Source of the DNA: an uncultured Campylobacterales bacterium
Lineage (GTDB): Bacteria; Campylobacterota; Campylobacteria; Campylobacterales; QNZT01
DNA length: 64,000 nucleotides
Reading direction: 5' to 3'
Assembly: GCA_964560425.1 (NCBI GenBank)
Contig: CAZLLE010000083.1
Coordinates: 51,743-115,742, forward strand
A program made the translations under genes and the position numbers. The stretch's first letter is position 1. Every line of letters begins with the position of its first letter. Shown piece after piece: positions 29,225-39,171 of the stretch. Below the pieces are notes generated by a model. The model searched no databases and had not been told where the DNA came from. It saw nothing but the letters and a program-made list of their open reading frames with translations.

Positions 29225-30329
29225 ATATATTTGCATATCTCTCATATGCCCATATCGCAGCAATTATTGCTGTGATAAATGATCCTCCATAAACTACGAT
29301 ATTTCGATAATAGATACTCTCTCTTGCCAAAAATATATATGGTAATATTACTAGAACAATGATTAGTTGACCTATCTCTACGCCTACATTAAATCCAAAA
29401 AGCATACCTACTAAAGTTATATCTTCTAATAGTAGCTCTTTTAATACATTGGCAAATCCAAAGCCATGAATTAATCCAAATCCAAATGCTAAAAACCATA
29501 TTTTTGATTTTATAAAACCAAATAGATTATTTATAGCAGTAAATAAAACTGATAGAGCTATGGCAATCTCTATATATCTTGAATCGATATCAACTATATC
29601 AATTACACTTAGTACTAAGGTAATGGAGTGAGCAACACTAAAGGCTGTTACTATCTTTGCTACTTCTATAAAAACTTTTTTGAATGAATTATATGTTTTT
29701 AACTCTTTGTTCTCATAATAGTAGATAGCAGGAAGAAGTAGCATGAGTAAGAATAGAATATGATCAAAACCTATCCATATATGCCAAATACCTTCTATTA
29801 GAAAGTTTTTAAATGCTCCCAATGTACTTCTTGCTTCCATATCTATTTCATAACTAGTGGATCTTTGGCTTAAAATTATGGGTTTAGTTTGATTGCTCTC
29901 ATTTACTCTTACAAATGCTTTTTGATTTTTGTCTATAGTGAAAAATAGATCATAATTTATTTTAAGAACTTTTTCTGGTTTAGGACAGAGGAGATGCATA
30001 TCAAGTTTAATATATGATTGATGGGAACCTCTTTGATGTGCTGTATATTTTTTTATTTTAAATCTACATTGTTGTCCATCAGAATATACTTGAAAGTGTC
30101 TAAACACATAAGGTAGTATCTCTTTTTTGTGTGCTTTTAGTTCATTCCATGAGACAACTTTATTTTGATTGTCATCAAGAGAAAACATCTCTTCTAATAT
30201 AACACTCCCAAAATCTAAACTAATTTTAATTGGATCTGAGTTTAGATTAATATCTATAAAATTCTCTTTTAATACATCTGCATAAGAGATTTGTAACATG
30301 ACTAAAATAGCAACTATTATCTTTTTCAT
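29208..30329 (-). CDS. HupE/UreJ-family membrane protein with N-terminal periplasmic domain
   Basis: It has a signal peptide, a soluble region of about 170 aa, then 6 TM helices with WIGFDHILFLLMLLL and HGFGFA motifs. Its 3' end overlaps the GH8 gene by 17 nt. Confidence 0.7.
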   Translation of the reverse strand: MKKIIVAILVMLQISYADVLKENFIDINLNSDPIKISLDFGSVILEEMFSLDDNQNKVVSWNELKAHKKEILPYVFRHFQVYSDGQQCRFKIKKYTAHQRGSHQSYIKLDMHLLCPKPEKVLKINYDLFFTIDKNQKAFVRVNESNQTKPIILSQRSTSYEIDMEARSTLGAFKNFLIEGIWHIWIGFDHILFLLMLLLPAIYYYENKELKTYNSFKKVFIEVAKIVTAFSVAHSITLVLSVIDIVDIDSRYIEIAIALSVLFTAINNLFGFIKSKIWFLAFGFGLIHGFGFANVLKELLLEDITLVGMLFGFNVGVEIGQLIIVLVILPYIFLARESIYYRNIVVYGGSFITAIIAAIWAYERYANISILGF

Positions 30330-31612
30330 CTTATTACCCCACTTTCACTCATATTTGCACTGTGAAAAATCACAGTTTTATGTAGCTTTGAAAAATATTT
30401 AAGAAGTAGATGTTGTAAAGTCGGTTCAATTGATGGTGTAAACCATGCATTATTGCTCATGGCGATCATAAATTTTGGATTGTTCACAAATAGCTCCTCT
30501 CTTGTGGCTTCATAACATATTGCATTTCTAAATATCTCCCCCTTTAATTCTATATCTGTTGGATTTTTGGCGGCTATATAATCATCCGCACCATTATACA
30601 ATATTCTATTAATTTGCTTTGAGATAAAAGATGGTAATGGAATCTCCTCCCCAAAAGGTACTAATACAACTTTATTAGCAATTTTTACCTCTCCTTTTAT
30701 GAAATAGTAGGTTGAATTATAGGAGTCTTTGCCATCTGTATATAATCCTCCCGTTACTATATTTATATTTTGTGATAGTTTTCTGAGCTTTATCATAAGG
30801 TTTGGTGTCATGTTTAAAAATATAGGAAATGCACTTTCGCTAATGACTACAGTATCATATTTTTTTGCAATTGCTTGATGAATAATATTTAGATTGATAT
30901 TGATACTTTTATCTCTATACTCATCTTTCCATTTCAACTCTTGTGGAGTATGTAGAGATGATAGATAAATTTTTTGATTTGGAAGTGGAAGTTTATCCTC
31001 TGGTATAAAATTTATTGAGGCTATAAGAATTAAAATTGATAAATATCTATAACTATTTTTAATCAGAATAAAGAGTACAATAGCTAGTAAAAATAGGGCA
31101 AATTGCCACTTTTCAACTCCAAAAAAACTATCAATTAATGTAAGTTCTGGAACAAACCAATTAAAATTTAGTGGGTGAAAATAGCTTAATAATAGAATCA
31201 AAATGGCTCTAATTGCAACATGAAATATGCCAATAAACCAAAATATAATACCATATACAAGTGCTATAAATATCATCATAAAAGGTATGGCATAAGAGGC
31301 ATCATAATATCTAAAAGAGAAACCAATCCAATAAAACCAAAGTAATCCTATAAATAGACCACTCCAAAAAAGTATCTCTCTTGGTGATTTTAGAACTAGA
31401 TAGAAACCTAAAATAGCCACAGTAGAGTTAATTATTTTTAAAATAGTTAAATTATTAAGATTGAAAAAATTAAGATATATGAAGAGTGATAAAAGAAAAG
31501 CGTTTAAAAAGCCTTTTATTATATATTCGGTGGTAGAATATCTGCCTAAATTTTTTATACTGAAGGATGTATATGCAAGAACAGGCGAGTATTTTAACAT
31601 CGTTGTTACCAC
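30326..31612 (-). CDS. lnt: apolipoprotein N-acyltransferase
   Basis: A multi-TM N-terminal half is followed by a CN-hydrolase domain with VPFGEEIPL and AICYEATREE (catalytic Cys). The track start is GTG 31612, and ATG 31600 is an alternative. Confidence 0.8.
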   Translation of the reverse strand: MVTTMLKYSPVLAYTSFSIKNLGRYSTTEYIIKGFLNAFLLSLFIYLNFFNLNNLTILKIINSTVAILGFYLVLKSPREILFWSGLFIGLLWFYWIGFSFRYYDASYAIPFMMIFIALVYGIIFWFIGIFHVAIRAILILLLSYFHPLNFNWFVPELTLIDSFFGVEKWQFALFLLAIVLFILIKNSYRYLSILILIASINFIPEDKLPLPNQKIYLSSLHTPQELKWKDEYRDKSININLNIIHQAIAKKYDTVVISESAFPIFLNMTPNLMIKLRKLSQNINIVTGGLYTDGKDSYNSTYYFIKGEVKIANKVVLVPFGEEIPLPSFISKQINRILYNGADDYIAAKNPTDIELKGEIFRNAICYEATREELFVNNPKFMIAMSNNAWFTPSIEPTLQHLLLKYFSKLHKTVIFHSANMSESGVIR

Positions 31613-31845
31613 TTATTGTTTTATTTGGAATTTTTTACTTTCTAATTATTAGACCACAACAGAAACAGGCAAAAGAGCACAAAGAGATGGTAAGTAATCT
31701 ATCAAAAGGTGATAAGATCATTACTAGTGGTGGTCTTATGTGTGAAGTAATAAAAACCGAAGAGGATTTTATCAAAGTGAAACTTAATGATGCTACAGTT
31801 GTAAAACTTGCAAAAGATTTTGTTGCGAGTAAGATAGAAGCGTAA
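31567..31845 (+). CDS. yajC: preprotein translocase subunit YajC
   Basis: LIVLFGIFYFLIIRPQQKQAKEHKEM...KGDKIITSGGLMCEV matches YajC. ATG 31573 has the best RBS (AAGGA, 5-nt spacer). Confidence 0.92.
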   Translation: MYMQEQASILTSLLPLIVLFGIFYFLIIRPQQKQAKEHKEMVSNLSKGDKIITSGGLMCEVIKTEEDFIKVKLNDATVVKLAKDFVASKIEA

Positions 31846-31849
31846 TTAG

Positions 31850-33418
31850 ATGAACTTTAGATTAATTATTTTTATAGTTGCCATTATATTTGGTATTGGT
31901 ATGTCTATGCCCTCTATTTTGCAAACAGAGAAGGGCTCAAAGATATCACTAGGACTTGATCTTCAAGGTGGGCTTCATATGTTACTTGGAGTCAAAACTG
32001 ATGAAGCAATCAAGTCAAAGGTTAAATCCTTAGCATCTAGTATTAAATTTTTTACTAGTGATGAAGAGATTTTAATTGAAGATTTAAGAGTTAATGATAA
32101 TATTATTACTTACACCGTTCTTGATAGTGATGAACTACCCAAAATGGATGAAATGCTTTCAAAAATTGAAGGTTTGGATATCAAAAAAGATGGTGAAAAT
32201 TATAGTATTGGATACACAGAAGCTGAAAAGCTTATTATCAAAGAGTTTGCAATTGCTCAAGCTGTAGATACTATTAGAAATAGATTGGATCAATTTGGAC
32301 TCTCTGAGCCTAGTGTTGCAAAGCAGGGGCAAGATAAGATTGTTGTTGAACTTCCTGGTATTAAAAGTGCAGAAGAAGAGAAGAGAGCAAGGGAGTTGAT
32401 TTCCAAAGCTGCCTATCTACAGTTGATGGCGGTTGATGAAAAAAGAAGTGATCAAACATACTCTCTCTCTCCCGAAGAGGCAGCTGAATATGGTGATGTA
32501 ATATTGCCAGATTATCAAGATGAGAAGAGAAAATATCTTTTAAATGAGATTCCTATTCTTGATGGTAGTATGATTACTGATGCAAGAGTTGGTTTTGATC
32601 AAAATAATCAAGTTGCAATCCACTATTCACTTAATAGTGAGGGAGCAAAGATTTTTGGTGATTATACTGAAGTTAGTGTTGGAACTCGTATGGCGATTGT
32701 TCTTGATAATGAGGTAGTCTCTGCTCCAAATATTCGTGAAAGAATTGGTGGTGGGGCTGTTCAAATTACGGGTAATTTTACTATGCAAGAGGCAAGTGAT
32801 GTTGCCATTTCTCTAAGAAGTGGGGCACTTTTAGCTCCAGTTGTTTTACTAGAAAAGAGAAGTGTTGGACCATCTTTGGGTGCTGATAGTATTAAAGCTA
32901 GTTTGATTGCTCTTCTATTAGGATTTGCTGCTGTTTTTATTTTCATGATTGTCTATTATGGTTATTCAGGGTTTATATCTGATATTGCTTTGGTTGCTAA
33001 TCTATTTTTGATTGTTGCTATTATGGCAATGTTTGGGGCTACTTTGACCCTTCCTGGTATGGCTGGTATTGTACTTACTGTTGGTATGGCAGTAGATGCA
33101 AATGTTATTATCAATGAGAGAATTAGAGAACTGCTGCATAGTGGCTCAAAAGTAAAAAATGCGATAGAGAATGGCTATAATAATGCTATGAGTGCTATTT
33201 TGGATGCAAATATTACAACTCTGATTGCAGCAGTAGTATTATATGCGTATGGTACAGGACCAATTAAAGGTTTTGCTATTACAATTAGTATTGGTATTTT
33301 AGCTTCAATGTTGACTGCAATTTTAGGTACACATGGTGTATATGACTTTTTAATTGGGCGTATTCAAAAGAGTGGTGATCTCAAAAAATGGTTTGGTATC
33401 AAAGAGGAGGGTAAATAG
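31850..33418 (+). CDS. secD: protein translocase subunit SecD
   Basis: It has a large periplasmic loop. GLDLQGG and the C-terminal 6-TM SecD/F fold (GMAVDANVIINERI) are present. Confidence 0.95.
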   Translation: MNFRLIIFIVAIIFGIGMSMPSILQTEKGSKISLGLDLQGGLHMLLGVKTDEAIKSKVKSLASSIKFFTSDEEILIEDLRVNDNIITYTVLDSDELPKMDEMLSKIEGLDIKKDGENYSIGYTEAEKLIIKEFAIAQAVDTIRNRLDQFGLSEPSVAKQGQDKIVVELPGIKSAEEEKRARELISKAAYLQLMAVDEKRSDQTYSLSPEEAAEYGDVILPDYQDEKRKYLLNEIPILDGSMITDARVGFDQNNQVAIHYSLNSEGAKIFGDYTEVSVGTRMAIVLDNEVVSAPNIRERIGGGAVQITGNFTMQEASDVAISLRSGALLAPVVLLEKRSVGPSLGADSIKASLIALLLGFAAVFIFMIVYYGYSGFISDIALVANLFLIVAIMAMFGATLTLPGMAGIVLTVGMAVDANVIINERIRELLHSGSKVKNAIENGYNNAMSAILDANITTLIAAVVLYAYGTGPIKGFAITISIGILASMLTAILGTHGVYDFLIGRIQKSGDLKKWFGIKEEGK

Positions 33419-34390
33419 ATGGAAATTTTTAAAGGAAATAAGACTTATGATTTCATGAGCAAAAGTAAAATTTTTATCATTATCTCTATGGTACTTATTC
33501 TTGGGTCTTGGGGGCTTCTTGCCACTAAGGGGCTAAATTATGGTATTGATTTTGCTGGTGGTACTATTGTACAGGTAAAATACAAAGGTGAAGCACCAAT
33601 TTCTGATATTCGTCAAAGAGTAACCTCAAATAAAGAGTTTGCTGGTGCCATTGTGACAGAGTTTGGAGCTAAAGAAGAGGTGATTATTCGTATCCCAACA
33701 ACAACAACATCTGTTGGCAATGATACTGGTGATACTATTAAAACTCTACTTACTGGTAGTGGTGATTTTGAGATTCGTCGTGTGGATATGGTAGGACCAA
33801 AAGTTGGTAATGAGCTTCGTGAAAAAGGTCTTATGGCAATGTTACTCTCTATCATTGGGATCTTGATATATATATCACTTAGATTTGAGTGGAGATTTGC
33901 TGTTGCTTCTATTTTTGCTTTGGTTCATGATGTATCTATCGCTCTTGGTATGTTGGTACTGTTTGGTGTTGATGTAAATCTTGATATTCTAGCAGCACTT
34001 TTGACCATTTTGGGTTATTCTCTAAATGATACAATTATCGTTTTTGATCGTATTCGTGAGGGTATTAAAGATTCTAAAATTTATGATCTTTTTCAAATTA
34101 TCAATGAATCAGTTACAAATACATTATCTCGTACAACATTAACTTCATTAACCACTTTCTTTGTGGTTGTAACTCTCTACTTTTTTGGAGGAGAGATTAT
34201 CAATGGATTTAGTTTTACAATGCTTATTGGTGTAGTTGTTGGTACTTATAGTTCTATATTTGTGGCATCTCCATTTTTGAAATGGCTCGGTTTTGATGTT
34301 GAAGCATTTAAGAAAAAAGAGGCTCAAAAAGAGAAACTAAGAATAGAAAAAGAGAAAATGCGTGCTCAATATGAGGGCGGTGTAGTATAA
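33419..34390 (+). CDS. secF: protein translocase subunit SecF
   Basis: Motifs are NYGIDFAGGT and GYSLNDTIVVFDRIRE. It starts directly after secD. Confidence 0.95.
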   Translation: MEIFKGNKTYDFMSKSKIFIIISMVLILGSWGLLATKGLNYGIDFAGGTIVQVKYKGEAPISDIRQRVTSNKEFAGAIVTEFGAKEEVIIRIPTTTTSVGNDTGDTIKTLLTGSGDFEIRRVDMVGPKVGNELREKGLMAMLLSIIGILIYISLRFEWRFAVASIFALVHDVSIALGMLVLFGVDVNLDILAALLTILGYSLNDTIIVFDRIREGIKDSKIYDLFQIINESVTNTLSRTTLTSLTTFFVVVTLYFFGGEIINGFSFTMLIGVVVGTYSSIFVASPFLKWLGFDVEAFKKKEAQKEKLRIEKEKMRAQYEGGVV

Positions 34391-34408
34391 TTAGAATGGG
34401 AGTTTGTC

Positions 34409-34747
34409 ATGGATTGGGGTAAAGTTGTATATATCTTTTTTGCATTGATGAGTCTTACAACTACCGCTGGGTTTTTGTATGATCATAATGTAATTGCACT
34501 ATTTATTGCTGCGAGTATAAATTTGATATCTACTTTGTTAAAAATTGGTATCAAAAATGTTTTGGCAGCAGAGTTGTTTGCAAGTTCACTTGTGGCAGAT
34601 TTACATCTAATCCCTGCTTTTTTATATGAGCAACTAGGTGGCAATACAGAAGCTGCTATGGCTATGGCAATAGGTGGGGTTATAGCAAACACCTTTTCTA
34701 TGATGCTTGTTCTTATAGAGTCTTCTAAGATACGAGAAGATTTTTGA
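34409..34747 (+). CDS. small integral membrane protein (3-4 TM), unknown function
   Basis: The 112-aa product is hydrophobic throughout. It sits downstream of secF and is followed by a strong terminator. Confidence 0.6.
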   Translation: MDWGKVVYIFFALMSLTTTAGFLYDHNVIALFIAASINLISTLLKIGIKNVLAAELFASSLVADLHLIPAFLYEQLGGNTEAAMAMAIGGVIANTFSMMLVLIESSKIREDF

Positions 34748-34754
34748 TTTTGTG

Positions 34755-34790
34755 GGTTTGGTAAATCTTACCAAACCTACTTTTTTTTGT
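34755..34790 (+). terminator. rho-independent terminator
   Basis: GGTTTGGTAA-ATC-TTACCAAACC forms a perfect 10-bp stem, followed by TAC and T8. Confidence 0.8.
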
Positions 34791-34890
34791 TTGCATATTT
34801 CGAAATAATTTTTGTGACTATTAATGCCCCCCAAAATATAAGCATAATCACTACCATTTTATAAACTATCTCTGCAATATTTATCTCCAT
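34777..34890 (-). CDS. possible 37-aa single-TM peptide (not in ORF track)
   Basis: The product reads MEINIAEIVYKMVVIMLIFWGALIVTKIISKYANKKK, with GAGGAAG 4 nt upstream of the ATG. Its stop lies inside the 34755 hairpin. Confidence 0.3.
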   Translation of the reverse strand: MEINIAEIVYKMVVIMLIFWGALIVTKIISKYANKKK

Positions 34891-34956
34891 ATAACTTCCT
34901 CTATCCTATTTTATATTAGAATATCCAAGTAATCCTTAGTACTTATTTCGTCATCT

Positions 34957-35214
34957 TTATAAGAGGGCTTGTATTTTTGAAATACTATTTTTGTTGTCTA
35001 TATTTAATGTTCTCAATTTTGCTGCTAGAGACAATAAATTATCTTCTTGGGTGGAAGCTAAGATATTTAGAGTGAGGATATTTATATCAAAGGCATTCTT
35101 CTCAATACTCTCAATTATAGTTTTTATATACTCTCGTTGATCATCTTTTTTTCCTACATTTCTTTCTTGAATATGTTGCATATTTTCTACCTCCTTTAAG
35201 ATAAAATCGACCAA
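34957..35214 (-). CDS. hypothetical small protein
   Basis: No motif is recognised. The internal ATG at 35181 (MQHIQERN...) is preceded by AAAGGAGG with an 8-nt spacer, so 34957-35181 (74 aa) is the more likely CDS. Confidence 0.5.
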   Translation of the reverse strand: MVDFILKEVENMQHIQERNVGKKDDQREYIKTIIESIEKNAFDINILTLNILASTQEDNLLSLAAKLRTLNIDNKNSISKIQALL

Positions 35215-35299
35215 AATATATTTTTTTTGAGTACTTTTTCAAATTTTTAGCACAAATGGGTTAATATGCTCTATTAATTAATGAATAAGGTATTTTTAC

Positions 35300-36433
35300 A
35301 TGGCAGTTGATCTAAGTTATTATGAAATTTTAGAACTCGAACAAGGTTGTAATGGTAGTGAAATTAAGAAAGCATATAGAAAACTTGCTCTTAAATATCA
35401 CCCAGATAGAAATCAAGGCGATAAAGGTGCTGAAGAGCAATTTAAATTGGTAAATGAAGCTTATCAGGTATTGAGTGATTCTCAAAAAAGAGAGATTTAT
35501 GATAGATATGGTAAAGCAGGATTAGAAAATCAAGGTGCTGGTGGATTTGGTGGAGGTATGAACTCTGATGATTTAAGTGCTATTTTTGAATCTGTATTTG
35601 GTGGTGGTTTTGGAGGTTTTGGTGGTTCCCGTAGAGGAGCTGCTAGTGAAGGTCAAAAGTATGCTTTGGATATTGAGAGTGAGATTACTTTAGATTTTAA
35701 TGAGGCTATTTTTGGATGTGAAAAAGAGATTGAGTATAGTTTCAAAAAAGAGTGTCCGACTTGTGATGGTACGGGTGATAAAGATAAAAAGCCTACTACT
35801 TGTAGTGCTTGTGGGGGAAAAGGTCAAGTATATTATAGACAAGGCTTTATGACATTTTCTCAAACTTGTGATGTTTGTCATGGAGAGGGTAAACAGGTCA
35901 AAAATCCATGTTCTACTTGTAATGCCAAAGGGTATATTACTGAAAAAGCAAAAACTACAGTCAAAATCCCCGCAGGAATAGATCATGGCAATCGTATTAG
36001 AGTAGGCGGTAAAGGTAATATAGGTAAAAACGGTAGAGTTGGTGATCTATATCTTCTTATTATGGTTGAAGATGACGAACACTTTATTAGAGATGGAGAT
36101 ACAATCTATATTGAAGTACCAATTTTCTTTACTCAAGCGGCACTTGGTGGAATGATAGAGATACCTACTCTTAGAGAGAAAAAAGAGATTAAGATACCTG
36201 TTGGTGTAAAAGATAAAGAGCAGTTTGTCTTAAGAGGTGAAGGTGTTGAGAATGTGCATTCTAAAAGAGCAGGTGATTTGATTGCTCAAATTAAAATTAT
36301 ATATCCTAAGAAGTTAAATGATGAACAAAAAGAGCTTTTGGCAAAACTTCAAGAGTCGTTTGGTTATGAGAGCAAACCTAGTGAAAATAAGTTTGAAGGT
36401 GTTATGGATAAAGTTAAAAGCTGGTTCCACTAA
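35300..36433 (+). CDS. dnaJ: molecular chaperone DnaJ
   Basis: It has a J-domain (YYEILE...[16 protein letters not shown]), a G/F region, and four CxxCxGxG zinc-finger repeats. Confidence 0.97.
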   Translation: MAVDLSYYEILELEQGCNGSEIKKAYRKLALKYHPDRNQGDKGAEEQFKLVNEAYQVLSDSQKREIYDRYGKAGLENQGAGGFGGGMNSDDLSAIFESVFGGGFGGFGGSRRGAASEGQKYALDIESEITLDFNEAIFGCEKEIEYSFKKECPTCDGTGDKDKKPTTCSACGGKGQVYYRQGFMTFSQTCDVCHGEGKQVKNPCSTCNAKGYITEKAKTTVKIPAGIDHGNRIRVGGKGNIGKNGRVGDLYLLIMVEDDEHFIRDGDTIYIEVPIFFTQAALGGMIEIPTLREKKEIKIPVGVKDKEQFVLRGEGVENVHSKRAGDLIAQIKIIYPKKLNDEQKELLAKLQESFGYESKPSENKFEGVMDKVKSWFH

Positions 36434-36444
36434 AGGTAGATTAT

Positions 36445-37473
36445 ATGTTTTTTTTTAGAAATATCATCGCTAAGTTTTTAAAAAAAACATATAGTGAAGA
36501 TTACCGTTTTTTACTTGTAGTTTTTGTTGTTGCTTCTTTGATTTTTGGTGTTTTTATCTCTTTGTATGAAAACATCTCCTTGATTGATACATACTACTAC
36601 ATCATTACTACAGCAACTACAGTTGGTTATGGTGATATATCACCATCAACTGTGGTAGGCAAAATTATAGCAACAATCTATATGATGCTTAGTATTACAA
36701 TTCTTGGTATTTTAATGGGAAAAGTTGCTGAACATATTATCTCTATAAATGATAAAATAAGACGAGGGTTATATAAGATGAAAGATGGTGTTGATCTATT
36801 GATTATTGGGTATCCCAATGATGATAAGATGCGTGAATTAGTGATAGAACTTAGAGGTGATGATAGGTTTGATGATGAGGTAATACTCAATATTAATAAT
36901 ATCATAGAGTCCAAAAATAGATGGATGGATGATTTGGATGTCTATTTTATAAAAGGTTTAGCATCAAATCAAAAAGTTTTGGAAGATGCAAATATATCAA
37001 ATGTAAAACAAGTTTTAATTTTGGCAAATGATATAAGTGATATAAACTCAGATGATTTTACAATATCCTCATGTGCTATGATCAAAAAGCTTAATCCTTC
37101 CGTTCATGTTATAGTAGAAAAAGTACGCCAAGATGCAACTCTTTTTGAAATTGTAGGAGCAGATATTATTGTAGATTCTGCTAGTTCTTCACTCCTAGCT
37201 CAAGAGATTTTGGATCCAGGGGCAATAGAGTTGGGAGATGCAATTTTTTCAAATAGTACAGAGGGAACACAATATAATATTATTTATAATGGTGAAGATA
37301 TGAGTTGGGAAGATATCGCTATCTCTATTCTAAAATCTGGTGCAATTGCTGAAGGATTTAGAAATAGTGGTGAGAAACGATTTAATCTTTTGCCATCTTT
37401 AGATGATATTGTAAAAAAAGGTGCATTAGTAAAATATAGAGCTAATAGTAAATTATCAAAAATATCAGTTTAA
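36445..37473 (+). CDS. potassium channel protein (2-TM pore plus RCK/TrkA-like cytoplasmic domain)
   Basis: The selectivity filter is TATTVGYGD, between two TM helices. A Rossmann-like C-terminal domain follows. Confidence 0.85.
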   Translation: MFFFRNIIAKFLKKTYSEDYRFLLVVFVVASLIFGVFISLYENISLIDTYYYIITTATTVGYGDISPSTVVGKIIATIYMMLSITILGILMGKVAEHIISINDKIRRGLYKMKDGVDLLIIGYPNDDKMRELVIELRGDDRFDDEVILNINNIIESKNRWMDDLDVYFIKGLASNQKVLEDANISNVKQVLILANDISDINSDDFTISSCAMIKKLNPSVHVIVEKVRQDATLFEIVGADIIVDSASSSLLAQEILDPGAIELGDAIFSNSTEGTQYNIIYNGEDMSWEDIAISILKSGAIAEGFRNSGEKRFNLLPSLDDIVKKGALVKYRANSKLSKISV

Positions 37474-37483
37474 CTATTTAAAA

Positions 37484-39112
37484 TTAAATTTTTGATTTAA
37501 TAATAATTTTGGAGGGGTTAAAAAGCTCTCCAGCTCTTTTTACAAAAGGGTCATCTAAGATATCATTTTGGTCTATCTCTTTTGTTTGATTTTCTCCTAT
37601 AACTTGATTTTCTATACAGCTGTTTGGTTGTCTATTAAATTCAATATCTTCTATCATTGACGCTGTTGTTGTGGGCGGAGACTCCTCTTCTTCTATGATC
37701 TTTTTATCACAAGCTTGCATCTCTATTTTTGTCTCTATACCAAATATCTCTTGTACAAAATGTCTGATAATTCCAGAACTATGACGCAAGGTATTTTTGC
37801 AATTTTGGGATGCACATGATGTGAGAATAAGTTTTTGATTTTCAAAGTTTACAAAAGATACTTCATTTTTAAAACACTCTCCTAGCTCATAATTTCTATC
37901 GTATAGTTTGTCGATAAGTTGATTAAAGCTATTTTGATGGTTTTGTATTTGTGGTTTTGGTATTATTATCTCTTTTTTATCCTCTTTCTCTTCTTCTTTT
38001 TGAGTATATATCTGTTTTCTATTTTGTGGACTCTCTTTTGATGTTGGAATAGTTATATCTTTTTCCAAATTCAAAATCATATCATCTATATCTTTGATTT
38101 TTAGAGCTTCCATCATCTTAAAAAATATAAGAGATAGTACAAATCCACTATCTGCATTGATAAATAGAAGATTTTTGCTTTCACTTAAAATTCTAAAAAA
38201 ACGATCACTAACCATTGTAGAAAACTTAGGGTCTCCTGCGAAAAAAGCCTCTTTTATATAGATTGTAAGTTCATCAATAACAACTTCACCTTCATAGTTT
38301 TCAAGCTCTTTTATATACTCTATGACCCTATCTTTCTCTCTGTTGAAGATAGCATTTATAATTTTTTCAAGAAATTCAGGGTCTAGTATACCAAGCATAG
38401 AGGCTACATTTTTGGTATCTATAAAGTTTTTGGAAAAGATAATAGATTGATCTAGTAGAGTAAGTGTATCTCTTAGTGATCCATGTCCTGCACGAGATAG
38501 CATGGCTAATGCCTCTGTCTCATACTCTACATTTTCTAGATTCAATATATTGGAAAGATGTTTAATAATTTCAAGATGTTGTATCTTTTTAAATCTAAAA
38601 TGTTGAGTACGAGATAAAATAGTAGCTGGTAGTTTCATTGGGTCTGTTGTAGCTAATATGAATTTTACATATTCGGGTGGCTCTTCTAGTGTCTTTAAAA
38701 GGGCATTAAATGCCTCTTTTGTGAGCATATGTACTTCATCTATGATAAATATCTTAAATCTTGCACTATTTGGTTTATATTTGGTCTGTTCAATAAGATT
38801 ACGAATATCATCAATTTTTCTGCTACTAGCACCATCCATCTCTATAATATCGATATGTCTATTTTCATTGGATAATTTACAATGCTCACATACCTCACAT
38901 GGTGTGGATGTTGGACCTTGTTGGCAAATAAGGGATTTTGAAAATATTCTTGCAGTTGATGTCTTTCCACTTCCCCTTAATCCTGAAAATAGATAGGCAT
39001 GAGAGAGTCTATTTTGATCTAGGGCATGAGTCAATGTTTGTGTTATTGTATCTTGTCCAATCAACTTATCAAATGAAGCTGGACGATATTTGAGTGCTAA
39101 TACTTGTGACAT
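37484..39112 (-). CDS. dnaX: DNA polymerase III subunit gamma/tau
   Basis: Motifs are KYRPASFDKLIGQ, GLRGSGKTS, a CEVCEHC zinc module, IIDEVHML and SRTQ. Confidence 0.95.
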   Translation of the reverse strand: MSQVLALKYRPASFDKLIGQDTITQTLTHALDQNRLSHAYLFSGLRGSGKTSTARIFSKSLICQQGPTSTPCEVCEHCKLSNENRHIDIIEMDGASSRKIDDIRNLIEQTKYKPNSARFKIFIIDEVHMLTKEAFNALLKTLEEPPEYVKFILATTDPMKLPATILSRTQHFRFKKIQHLEIIKHLSNILNLENVEYETEALAMLSRAGHGSLRDTLTLLDQSIIFSKNFIDTKNVASMLGILDPEFLEKIINAIFNREKDRVIEYIKELENYEGEVVIDELTIYIKEAFFAGDPKFSTMVSDRFFRILSESKNLLFINADSGFVLSLIFFKMMEALKIKDIDDMILNLEKDITIPTSKESPQNRKQIYTQKEEEKEDKKEIIIPKPQIQNHQNSFNQLIDKLYDRNYELGECFKNEVSFVNFENQKLILTSCASQNCKNTLRHSSGIIRHFVQEIFGIETKIEMQACDKKIIEEEESPPTTTASMIEDIEFNRQPNSCIENQVIGENQTKEIDQNDILDDPFVKRAGELFNPSKIIIKSKI

Positions 39113-39171
39113 TTTAATCCTTAATTGGGATTGGTATAGGGATATTTTACACTAATATAGTACTTAATACC

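Noticed and set aside
35215-35299. Possible heat-shock operator upstream of dnaJ (TTAGCACAA... resembling a CIRCE half-site; TTGAGTAC resembling a HAIR half-site)
   Set aside because: Only one half-site of each is present. The expected inverted partner (GAGTGCTAA at N9, or ACTCAAG at N7) is absent, so the match is within chance for this composition.
37970-37981. A-rich run (GAT AAA AAA GAG) in dnaX as a possible programmed -1 frameshift site like E. coli dnaX
   Set aside because: The heptamer is in the wrong register relative to the reading frame (AAA AAA G rather than A AAA AAG). I see no downstream stem-loop or nearby -1 frame stop.
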